A stretch of DNA of 64,000 bases from an uncultured Gemmatimonadales bacterium. GTDB lineage: Bacteria > Gemmatimonadota > Gemmatimonadetes > Gemmatimonadales > GWC2-71-9. The translations under genes and the position numbers were made by a program. Under the pieces are notes generated by a model, which searched no databases, was not told the origin of the DNA, and saw only the letters and a program-made list of their open reading frames with translations. The stretch covers positions 209,591 through 273,590 of the forward strand of contig CAVPRU010000001.1 in the NCBI GenBank assembly GCA_963707875.1, written 5' to 3'. Shown here in pieces: positions 56,786 through 64,000 of this stretch; positions within the stretch are counted from its first letter, which is position 1; each line of letters begins with the position of its first letter.

Positions 56786-57454
56786 TCAGACTTTCAGGAC
56801 GTACCCGATGCCTCGGACGGTGTGGAGCAGCTTGGGCTCGTGGCCGTGGTCGATCTTCTTCCGGAGCCGGTTGATCACGACGTCGACGATGTTGGTCCCC
56901 GGATCGAAGTGGTAGTCCCAGGCATACTCGGTGATCAGGGTTCGGGACATGACCCGGCCCTGATGGCGAATCAGGTATTCCAGGACGGTGAACTCCTTGG
57001 GCGTGATGTCGATCTTCCTGCCGGCCCGGCGCACCTCGCGGAGGGCGGAATCGAGCTCGAGATCGGCCACCTGAAAGACCGGGGAGCGCATCTGCTGGGG
57101 GCGGCGGCCCAGGGCTTCGACCCGGGCCAGCAGTTCCTCGAAGGCGAAGGGCTTGGTGACGTAATCGTCGGCCCCCGCCCGGAGGGCCTGGACCTTGGTG
57201 TCGACCGAGTCCTGGGCCGTGAGCACCAGAATCGGCACCGCGATGCCCCGATCCCGGAGGGTGCGCACCACCTCGACCCCGTTCATCCCCGGGAGCCGGA
57301 GATCGAGCACCACCAGATCGTACTTGCCGCCGGAAATCAGGTTGAGCGCCTCGGCCCCATTGTCCACCAGTTCGGCCTGGTACCGCTGTTCCTCCAGACC
57401 CCGTCGGACGTACTCCCCGACCGTGCGGTCATCTTCCACCACGAGGACCTTCAT
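56786..57454 (-). CDS. OmpR/PhoB-family response regulator
   Basis: 222 aa with a receiver domain (MKVLVVEDD...DLVVLDLRLPGMNG...TAQD) and a winged-helix output domain (LTPKEFTVLEYLIRH...VRGIGY). Confidence 0.93.
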   Translation of the reverse strand: MKVLVVEDDRTVGEYVRRGLEEQRYQAELVDNGAEALNLISGGKYDLVVLDLRLPGMNGVEVVRTLRDRGIAVPILVLTAQDSVDTKVQALRAGADDYVTKPFAFEELLARVEALGRRPQQMRSPVFQVADLELDSALREVRRAGRKIDITPKEFTVLEYLIRHQGRVMSRTLITEYAWDYHFDPGTNIVDVVINRLRKKIDHGHEPKLLHTVRGIGYVLKV

Positions 57455-58974
57455 CCGGTGGCCTCCTGGGCAATGGGAAGAAAGACGCGGAAGGTGGTCC
57501 CGATCCCGGGCCGACTGTCCACCGTGATGCGTCCGCCCTGCTCTTCAATAATGCCGTAACTGATCGTCAGCCCCAATCCGGTCCCCCGGCCGGGGGCCTT
57601 GGTGGAAAAGAACGGTTCGAAGATCCGGCTGATCTCCCCCTCGGGAATCCCCTCCCCGGTGTCGGTGAACTCGACCAGGGCCTCGTCCTCCCGAACGGGG
57701 TTCCGCCCGGTCCGGACCCGGAGGGTCCCCCCGGACTCCATCGCATCGGCCGCATTGAGCATGATCGCCATGAAGGCCTGGATGATCCGCTCGCCCTCGA
57801 CCAGGATGGCCGGGAGGTCGTCCTCGATGGTGCGCTCCACCATGAGCCGTTTGAACCGGGCGTGGTGCTTGAGCAGGAACAGCGTCTGGGCCACCAGGAC
57901 ATTGAGGTCCTCGGGCCGCCGTTCGTGCTCCGACCGGGCCGGCCGGCTGAACTCCAGCAGGCGATCCACGATCCGGCTGCAGCGTTGCACCTCGGTATCG
58001 ATGATCTCAAGGTACTCCCGGGCGGTCTGATCCGTTGATTCCCCGATCCGGGCCTCAATGGCCGCGACGCAGGCGCCGATCGTGGCCAGCGGGTTGTTGA
58101 TCTCGTGCATGACCCCGGCCGCCAACTGACCGAGGGCCGCCAGCTTGTCGCTCTGGAGAATGCGCTGCTCCGTCGTCCGCCGCTCGGTCACGTCCTCGCC
58201 GATGGTGATGACGTGGCTGATCTGCAGCCCATCCAACCGCATGGGCACCTTGGTCAGCCGGTAGACCCGGGGCTCACCGCCGGTGAGCACATCCAGTTCC
58301 CGTTGGACCACTTCCCCGTGGGCGAAGATCTCGTCGATTTCCGCGCGCAATTCATCGGGCGACTGCCGGGTCAGCACTTCGAACACCGGCCGGCCGATCA
58401 CCTGATCGCGTCGGAGTCCCTGGGTGCCAGTTTCCCGTTTCCGGTTCCACACCCGGATCCGGTATTCCCGATCCACCACGTAGAGGCCGACTGGGAGCGA
58501 GTCAATGATGAGGTTGGTGAAGCGGCGCTGTTCCCGGATCTCCCTGGCCCGGGTCGCGAGTTCCTCCGCCAGACCCTCGGACAGCAGCACGGCGTCCAGG
58601 TAGGGGGCCAGGATCTCGCCAACCGTCTGGCAGACTTCCGGGTCGAGGCCGGAGTGGGAGGAATCACTCGGGACCAGTTCCAACAGCCCGAGCCGGTTGC
58701 CGGCGTGGGCCACAAACATCCGGATGGTGCCGGCCGGGGCCGGTGGCAACTCTTCGAAGGAACCCGCCGGCTCCGCGGGAATCGGGGCCGAGATCATGTG
58801 CAGCGGTCCGGGCCCGGCGCCCCGGCGCCAGAGGGTGGCCCGGAGAAGAGGCAGCTGCCGGGCCAGCAACTCCATGGCCGCCCGGAGGTTCCCATCGGGA
58901 GAAAGATCCCGATTCAGGGCCTGGGCGACGTCGCGGAGGACGGCAATCCCAGAGGGACTCGGCATCGAACTCAA
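57451..58974 (-). CDS. soluble sensor histidine kinase (GAF-like N-terminus, PAS, HisKA, HATPase_c)
   Basis: 507 aa with no obvious TM helix. It has a PAS-like segment (IIDSLPVGLYVVDREYRIRVWN), an H-box (GVMHEINNPLATI) and DTGEGIP / GTGLGLTISYG. Confidence 0.88.
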   Translation of the reverse strand: MSSMPSPSGIAVLRDVAQALNRDLSPDGNLRAAMELLARQLPLLRATLWRRGAGPGPLHMISAPIPAEPAGSFEELPPAPAGTIRMFVAHAGNRLGLLELVPSDSSHSGLDPEVCQTVGEILAPYLDAVLLSEGLAEELATRAREIREQRRFTNLIIDSLPVGLYVVDREYRIRVWNRKRETGTQGLRRDQVIGRPVFEVLTRQSPDELRAEIDEIFAHGEVVQRELDVLTGGEPRVYRLTKVPMRLDGLQISHVITIGEDVTERRTTEQRILQSDKLAALGQLAAGVMHEINNPLATIGACVAAIEARIGESTDQTAREYLEIIDTEVQRCSRIVDRLLEFSRPARSEHERRPEDLNVLVAQTLFLLKHHARFKRLMVERTIEDDLPAILVEGERIIQAFMAIMLNAADAMESGGTLRVRTGRNPVREDEALVEFTDTGEGIPEGEISRIFEPFFSTKAPGRGTGLGLTISYGIIEEQGGRITVDSRPGIGTTFRVFLPIAQEATG

Positions 58975-59014
58975 CGGCCCGGCTCCTCAAGTGGAGGAGT
59001 TGCTGATCGTGCGG

Positions 59015-59617
59015 TCAGATAAACCGACCGCCGACCACCGTCCAGTTGACCACGTTCCACCAGGCCGCGAGATAGTCAGCCCGTCGGTTCTGGTACTTGA
59101 GGTAGTAGGCGTGCTCCCACACGTCGCAGCCCAGCAGCACGTGCTTTCCCTCCATGACCGGGGTGTCCTGATTCGGGGTGCTTTCCACTGCCACTCCTCC
59201 CCCCGCCGAGCGGACCAGCCAGGCCCACCCGCTCCCGAACCGGGTCATCCCGGCCTTGGCGAACTGCTCCTTGAAGCCCTCGAAGCTGCCGAAGGCACCA
59301 ACCATCGCCTTGGCGAGGGCCCCGGACGGTGCGGACGCACCCCCGGGAGCCATCGACTCCCAGAACAGGGTGTGATTCCAGTGACCGCCCCCGTTGTTGC
59401 GGACCGCGGTCCGAATCCCATCCGGAACCGCCGCCAGGTTCCCCAGCAGCTCGTCGAGCGTCCTCCCGGCCAGGGCCACCTGGTTCTCCAGGGCGGCGTT
59501 CAGATTGTTGACGTACCCGGCATGGTGCTTGTCATGGTGAATCCGCATCGTCTGCTCGTCGATATGAGGCTCCAGGGCGACATAGTCGTACGGCAGGGGC
59601 GGGAGAGTGAAAGCCAT
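59015..59617 (-). CDS. sodA: Fe/Mn superoxide dismutase
   Basis: Start at ATG 59617 with GGAGG 7 nt upstream. [32 protein letters not shown]...[15 protein letters not shown] is diagnostic. Metal specificity cannot be decided from the sequence. Confidence 0.94.
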   Translation of the reverse strand: MAFTLPPLPYDYVALEPHIDEQTMRIHHDKHHAGYVNNLNAALENQVALAGRTLDELLGNLAAVPDGIRTAVRNNGGGHWNHTLFWESMAPGGASAPSGALAKAMVGAFGSFEGFKEQFAKAGMTRFGSGWAWLVRSAGGGVAVESTPNQDTPVMEGKHVLLGCDVWEHAYYLKYQNRRADYLAAWWNVVNWTVVGGRFI

Positions 59618-59637
59618 GGTGTCCTCCTTCGGAAAGA

Positions 59638-59651
59638 ACCAGCATTCTGGT
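59638..59651. promoter_or_regulatory. inverted repeat in the sodA leader (possible operator or RNA hairpin)
   Basis: ACCAG-catt-CTGGT at 59638-59651, 21-34 nt upstream of the sodA ATG. Confidence 0.2.
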
Positions 59652-59703
59652 ACCAGGGGATGCGGGACCACTCCGGTCGGCGCACCGCGCGGAATATCGG
59701 CTT

Positions 59704-59728
59704 GGCTCGGCTCTCAGGCAACCGAGCC
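59704..59728 (-). terminator. hairpin just after the dipeptidase stop
   Basis: GGCTCGG(59704-59710)-11 nt-CCGAGCC(59722-59728). It begins 9 nt from the stop at 59737. There is no clear U-tract. Confidence 0.35.
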
Positions 59729-59736
59729 CTGGGCAT

Positions 59737-61005
59737 TCAGGGCACCAGTCGACCGTCGAGTTCGAGAAGGGTCCTGGTGGACGCCGGGCGCTCACGCTGC
59801 AGCCGGGACGCGATCCGCTGGGCCTCACTCATCACCCGGAGGATGTTCTCCCCCGCCAGCTTCCGGAGCTCGGCTTCGGACCACCCGCGACGGGCCAGTT
59901 CGGTGAAGAGGGCCGGGTAGGTCGAGACATCCTCCAGCCCTTCGATGGTCGTGTCGATCCCGTCGAAGTCCCCCCCGATGGCCACATGGTCCACTCCAGC
60001 CACCCGCCGAATATGCTCGAGGTGGTCCGCCACCTCGGCCAGCCGGGCCCGCGGAGTCGGGTGCGCCCGGTCCCAGGCCTCCATGGCCCGTCCCCTGGCC
60101 GCGCTATCGCTGGGGAACTGGCTGGCGGCGGCGGTGATGGCGGCCTGGCGACTCCGGCCATGCTCCAGCACTACCCGGGAAATGAAGGTCGGGACGAAAG
60201 TCACCATCACGACTCCGCCATTGGCGGGGAGCCGGGCCAGGATCGAATCCGGCACGTTCCGGACATGGTCCGCCAAGGCCCGGGCCGCGGAATGCGAGAA
60301 GATGATCGGGGCCTCGGTGGCGCTGAGGGCATCGCTCATGGTGCCCGGTGAAACGTGCGACAGATCGACCAGCATGCCGAGCCGGTTCATCTCCCGGACC
60401 ACCTCGACCCCGAACGCCGTCAGCCCGCCGTGCCGGGGGGCTTCGGCCGCGGCATCGGCCCAATCCAGGGTGACGTTGTGGGTCAACGTCATGTAGCGGG
60501 CTCCGAGATCGTAGTACATCCGCAAGGCGCCGAGCGAGTTCTCGATCGCGTGTCCGCCTTCGACCCCGAGGACCGAGCCGATCCGGCCCGCCGCGAAGGC
60601 CTCGCGCATCCCGTCCGCGGTGGTGGCCCACTGGAAGGCCTCAGGGTATCGCGCAATCACCTGTCGGGCGATGTCGATCTGTTCCAGTTGCACCCTGGCG
60701 TACCCAGAGTCCCTGATCTCGCCCGGGATATAGACCGACCAGAACTGCCCCCCCAGCCGGCCTTGGTGGAGCCGAGCCAGATCGGTGTGACCCGCCGTCC
60801 GGGTCCGGAGGTCGTACCCGGCCGGATTCCCCCGGGCGGTCGCGGATTCCCGGATCGCCCAGGGGAGGTCGTTGTGGCCGTCGATCAGCGGGGTGGACTC
60901 CAGCACCCGGCGGGCGACGGCAGCGGGGTCGGCGGCCTGCCCGAACGAGGCGGCCGTCGGAATGGACAGCAGGACGAGGAACGCGGGGACGGTCCGACGA
61001 AACAT
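59737..61005 (-). CDS. membrane dipeptidase (peptidase family M19), secreted
   Basis: 422 aa with a signal peptide and the hallmark IDGHNDLPWAIRE, plus YMTLTHN, DLSH and FSHS. Confidence 0.9.
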   Translation of the reverse strand: MFRRTVPAFLVLLSIPTAASFGQAADPAAVARRVLESTPLIDGHNDLPWAIRESATARGNPAGYDLRTRTAGHTDLARLHQGRLGGQFWSVYIPGEIRDSGYARVQLEQIDIARQVIARYPEAFQWATTADGMREAFAAGRIGSVLGVEGGHAIENSLGALRMYYDLGARYMTLTHNVTLDWADAAAEAPRHGGLTAFGVEVVREMNRLGMLVDLSHVSPGTMSDALSATEAPIIFSHSAARALADHVRNVPDSILARLPANGGVVMVTFVPTFISRVVLEHGRSRQAAITAAASQFPSDSAARGRAMEAWDRAHPTPRARLAEVADHLEHIRRVAGVDHVAIGGDFDGIDTTIEGLEDVSTYPALFTELARRGWSEAELRKLAGENILRVMSEAQRIASRLQRERPASTRTLLELDGRLVP

Positions 61006-61026
61006 GGTGGGATCCGGGTTCGGGTC

Positions 61027-61065
61027 AAGAAGAGGAGCCGACCCGCAAGTAAGCGCGCCGGCTCC
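61027..61065 (-). terminator. candidate terminator after the acyl-CoA ligase gene
   Basis: The minus strand reads GGAGCCG-18 nt-CGGCTCC followed by TCTTCTT. The stems are at 61034-61040 and 61059-61065. It lies about 24 nt after the stop at 61089. Confidence 0.4.
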
Positions 61066-61088
61066 CGGGCGACAATGGGACCGAACGT

Positions 61089-62696
61089 TCAGCGGCTCAG
61101 CCAGTCATGGTACTGCGCGCGGAGTGCCTTCTTGTCGAACTTGCCGACGCTGGTCTTGGGAATGGCATCGAGGAAGATCACATCGTCCGGCAGCCACCAG
61201 TCGGCGACCTTGCCCTTGAGGTATTCCAGCAGGTCCTCTCGAGTGAGTCCGGGCGGTGTGGCGACGACACAGGCCAGGGGCCGCTCGGTCCACTTGGGAT
61301 GCGCCACCGCGATGACCGCCGCCTCGGCGATCTGCGGGTGCCCCATGATGGTATTCTCGAGATCCACGCTGGAGATCCACTCGCCGCCGCTCTTGACCAT
61401 GTCCTTGACCCGATCCACCAGCTGGACGTAGCCGTCACCGTCGATATTGGCGACATCCCCGGTTCGGAACCAGCCGTCCTGAAACGAATCAGCGCTCCGG
61501 GGATCGTGGTAGTAACTGCTGATGACCCACGGCCCCCTGACCTGCAGTTCCCCGGCCGACTTGCCATCCCAGGGCAGCACCGTCCCGGCTTCATCCACGA
61601 CCCGGGTCTCGACGAACGGGAGCGCGGGACCCTGCTTGAGCCGCTGGCGAATCTGGTCCTCCTCCGGCCACTCCAGCATATGGGATCGGAGGATCCCGAT
61701 GGTCGCCACCGGGGAGGTCTCCGTCATCCCCCAGCCCTGCAGGATCGGAATCCCGAACCCCTTCTCGAAACCTTCCAGCAGGTTCCGGGACAGCGCCGAC
61801 CCGCCGACGATCGCGTTCGTGATGGAGGCGGGATGGACCCCGGCCTGGGTCAGGCCCATCAGCAGGCCGGCCATGATGGTCGGGACTCCGCCGATGAAAG
61901 TGACCCCGGTGTCCATCACGAACGGCACCAGTTCCTGAGGCTGCATGAACCGACCGGGGAAGATCAACCCGTACCCCATCAACCCCGCTCCGTACGGAAG
62001 ACCCCAGGCATTGACATGAAACATCGGCACGATTGAAAGCACCTGATCGCGCTCGTCGAGCGCCAGCCCGGACACCCCCACCCCGAGGGAGTGGAGCACC
62101 AGCGAGCGATGGGAATAGAGGCACCCCTTGGGATTGCCGGTGGTCCCCGAGGTGTAGCACAACCCGGCCGCCGCCTGTTCGTCGAGCGTTGGCCAGGAAT
62201 AGTCCTCGGCCCCCGAAGCCAGGAAGGCTTCGTAGTCCTCGGTGCCGGCCGGAGTCCCCTGCCCCACATCATCCATCACGATGACCCGTCGGACCGTGGG
62301 AAGCAGCGGCCGGATCTTCTCGACCAATGGGTAGATCGAGGCATCGACGAAGACAATCGTGTCTTCGGCGTGGTTCATGAGGTGGACCACCTGCTCCGGA
62401 TGAAGCCGGAAGTTGACGGTATGGATCACCGCCCCCATACATGGGATCGCAAAATACAGTTCAAAATGCCGGTAACTGTTCCAGCCGAGGGTCGCCACCC
62501 GGTCCCCGGGCTGGACGCCCGCCCGGCCCAGCGCGCTCGCCAGCCGGGCGGTCCGCCGCCCATGCTCGGCATACGTGTAGTGGTGGGTACCGTCGTGCGT
62601 CTTGGTGGTAACACGCTGCTTGGCATAGTACCTGCTCAATCGGGTCAGCAGATGGGTGAGGGTGAGGGGGAAGTCCATCATCAGACCTTGCAGCAT
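61089..62696 (-). CDS. AMP-dependent acyl-CoA synthetase/ligase (long-chain fatty-acid-CoA ligase-like)
   Basis: 535 aa with AMP-binding motif YTSGTTGNPKG, plus GWGMTE, TGDV and SGGEWISS. Substrate is unknown. Confidence 0.88.
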   Translation of the reverse strand: MLQGLMMDFPLTLTHLLTRLSRYYAKQRVTTKTHDGTHHYTYAEHGRRTARLASALGRAGVQPGDRVATLGWNSYRHFELYFAIPCMGAVIHTVNFRLHPEQVVHLMNHAEDTIVFVDASIYPLVEKIRPLLPTVRRVIVMDDVGQGTPAGTEDYEAFLASGAEDYSWPTLDEQAAAGLCYTSGTTGNPKGCLYSHRSLVLHSLGVGVSGLALDERDQVLSIVPMFHVNAWGLPYGAGLMGYGLIFPGRFMQPQELVPFVMDTGVTFIGGVPTIMAGLLMGLTQAGVHPASITNAIVGGSALSRNLLEGFEKGFGIPILQGWGMTETSPVATIGILRSHMLEWPEEDQIRQRLKQGPALPFVETRVVDEAGTVLPWDGKSAGELQVRGPWVISSYYHDPRSADSFQDGWFRTGDVANIDGDGYVQLVDRVKDMVKSGGEWISSVDLENTIMGHPQIAEAAVIAVAHPKWTERPLACVVATPPGLTREDLLEYLKGKVADWWLPDDVIFLDAIPKTSVGKFDKKALRAQYHDWLSR

Positions 62697-62823
62697 GGGG
62701 CCTCCGGACGGCGGACGGGGTCAGGGGGTCGCTCCAGAACGGGGCGCACTGCACCGATAGTGGAGGCGTGAAGGAGCGGCCGCAAGGGTACCGGCCGTCT
62801 GGCACCGGCCACAGGAGGGACCG

Positions 62824-63489
62824 ATGATCCAACCTGACGCGCGCAGCCGACTCACCGCGACCGACCTCGCGCTGGTCTGTGAGGGCATGACCGGTCGCCG
62901 TCCGTCGGAGACCGACCTGGACCTCTGGCTGCTGGACATCGACCTCGATCAGGTCCTCGATGCCCCGGAGACGGCGGCCCGGCTCCGCCAAAGCCCCCTG
63001 CCCGGCCCGTCCTCCTCGCTGCTGTTCTACGTCCTGGTCCGGGGGGCCCTGCTCCGCCGGGATCTGGCGGACCGGCCGTTGGCGGACTATTGCGCCTCCA
63101 TGCTCCGGGAATTCGGCACCGGAGATCGGGCTCACCGAGTGGCCCCGGTGGACGATCACCGGCATCTCTACCTGGTCGACATCCTCCAGGACGCGGCCAC
63201 CGCGGAGGGGGACCGCCGGCTCCAGGTCCTGGCCCACCTCGGCAACTATGCCCTCTGGTTTGCCGGGATGTTCCCCGACCGGATCACCTCCCGGAAGCGA
63301 CGTGCCGGCGGGCCGGACCTGGGTTACTACGACGCGATGGGAAGTCAGGGGTTCGCGGGAGCGGCCGAACATCGCACCGCCGCTCGACTGGGGCTGGATG
63401 GACTCTATCGCGGGGCCGCCCTTGCCTATCCCCTCCTTCGCCAGGCCTTCAACGAGGTGAGTGGCTCGCTCCGTCTCCGGGCGGCCTGA
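62824..63489 (+). CDS. hypothetical protein
   Basis: 221 aa with an ATG start and coding-like composition; there is no credible competing ORF. I recognise no motif. Confidence 0.5.
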   Translation: MIQPDARSRLTATDLALVCEGMTGRRPSETDLDLWLLDIDLDQVLDAPETAARLRQSPLPGPSSSLLFYVLVRGALLRRDLADRPLADYCASMLREFGTGDRAHRVAPVDDHRHLYLVDILQDAATAEGDRRLQVLAHLGNYALWFAGMFPDRITSRKRRAGGPDLGYYDAMGSQGFAGAAEHRTAARLGLDGLYRGAALAYPLLRQAFNEVSGSLRLRAA

Positions 63490-63498
63490 TCGACCGCC

Positions 63499-64000
63499 TC
63501 AGAGCGACCGGAGCACCGCCCTCACCGGGCTGGCGTCAAACCCCTCCAGCCGAAGCGGGAGCGCAATCAGTTCGTAGCTGCCATCCGGAACCTCGGCCAG
63601 CACCAGCCCTTCGAGAATCCGGATGTCATGCCGCAGGCAGGCGCCGTGGGTGGGCAGGTCCTTCGACGCGAACAGGTCCACGCTGGGGGTATCGATGCCC
63701 ACCAGCCTGACCCCCGCCGAATGCAGCCCGTCGATCAGGGTCGGATCCAGGGCCGCGAAGTCCTCCGTGAAGTGCTCGGGATTCGGATAGCTCCCCGTCG
63801 CAATCAGCACTCGGGGCTCGGCGATCGTCACCGGCAGTCGGGCAACCCGGGTCCCGGGCCGGGCTGCCACCCGGACCACCTGGCAACGCCCCAGATACCG
63901 CGCCAGATCGGCCTGGGCGATCGACTCGCCGGCGGACCCATAGTGGCTGGGGGCATCGGCGTGGGCCCCCAGGTGCACGGTCGCATGGAGACTCGAGAGG
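63499..64000 (-). CDS. cyclase-family protein / kynurenine formamidase-like (KynB), C-terminal part; the gene runs off the right window edge
   Basis: The frame is open to nt 64000. VHLGAHADAPSHY matches the HxGTHxDAPxH motif, followed by VGIDTPSVD. It shows about 167 codons and lacks its start. Confidence 0.75.
   Translation of the reverse strand, partial: LSSLHATVHLGAHADAPSHYGSAGESIAQADLARYLGRCQVVRVAARPGTRVARLPVTIAEPRVLIATGSYPNPEHFTEDFAALDPTLIDGLHSAGVRLVGIDTPSVDLFASKDLPTHGACLRHDIRILEGLVLAEVPDGSYELIALPLRLEGFDASPVRAVLRSL

Noticed and set aside
58983-58999. The hairpin CTCCTC-aagtg-GAGGAG between the sodA stop and the kinase start, considered as a terminator
   Set aside because: It has only a 6-bp stem, no U-tract, and overlaps the likely ribosome-binding region of the kinase gene. 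It is too weak to call.

Overview
This is a very GC-rich, densely packed bacterial chromosomal window with about 70 genes, mostly on the minus strand. Neighbouring genes often share 1-17 nt stop/start overlaps (ATGA, GTGA and one CTGA). The content is overwhelmingly housekeeping.

Gene content, left to right:
- tsaB(partial)-tsaE-uvrB, an EVE-domain gene, rel, radC, secA, nadD, bamD and two TPR genes.
- A small nucleotide-sugar block: glycosyltransferase, WbpA/WecC-type dehydrogenase, DegT aminotransferase and hexapeptide acetyltransferase.
- murB, carB and gmd-rmd.
- rpmB, divergent from the rpmJ-rpsM-rpsK-rpsD-rpoA-rplQ operon.
- amidase-pyrD-pyrF, smpB, tRNA-Leu(CAG), moeZ, aspA-rrf2, an MBL hydrolase and trxB.
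- A 2-oxoacid dehydrogenase E1a/E1b/E2 set, and pit with a DUF47 partner.
- Inositol-3-phosphate synthase with a CDP-alcohol phosphatidyltransferase.
- A NamZ/NagZ/AmiE-like muropeptide-recycling cluster with a Na+/solute symporter and a BadF-type sugar kinase.
- An APC permease, tonB-exbB-exbD-exbD plus a second tonB-like gene, and an HK-RR-HK signalling operon.
- sodA, an M19 dipeptidase, an acyl-CoA ligase and a partial KynB-like cyclase.

I found no CRISPR array, rRNA, transposase, integrase, prophage, defence island or clearly novel multi-gene system.

The most unusual observation is eleven reading-frame breaks. Ten of them sit within 5.3 kb (49.87-55.10 kb) and hit six consecutive genes. 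The eleventh fuses pyrD to pyrF into an artefactual 521-aa ORF. This means either local assembly or indel error, or very recent inactivation of that block.

Secondary points:
- The Bacillus-like namZ/nagZ/amiE recycling set, whose divergent start codons share one ATGCAT.
- A probable CTG start for a PHP phosphoesterase.
- A possible inositol-phospholipid pair.
- TAnnTTTG-type -10 elements upstream of tRNA-Leu and rpmB.
- A 16-nt tandem repeat upstream of the second tonB-like gene.

All calls rest on my own reading and translation plus recognised family motifs. No database search was run. The protein set suggests an FCB-group or Gemmatimonadota-like organism, but that is only a guess.
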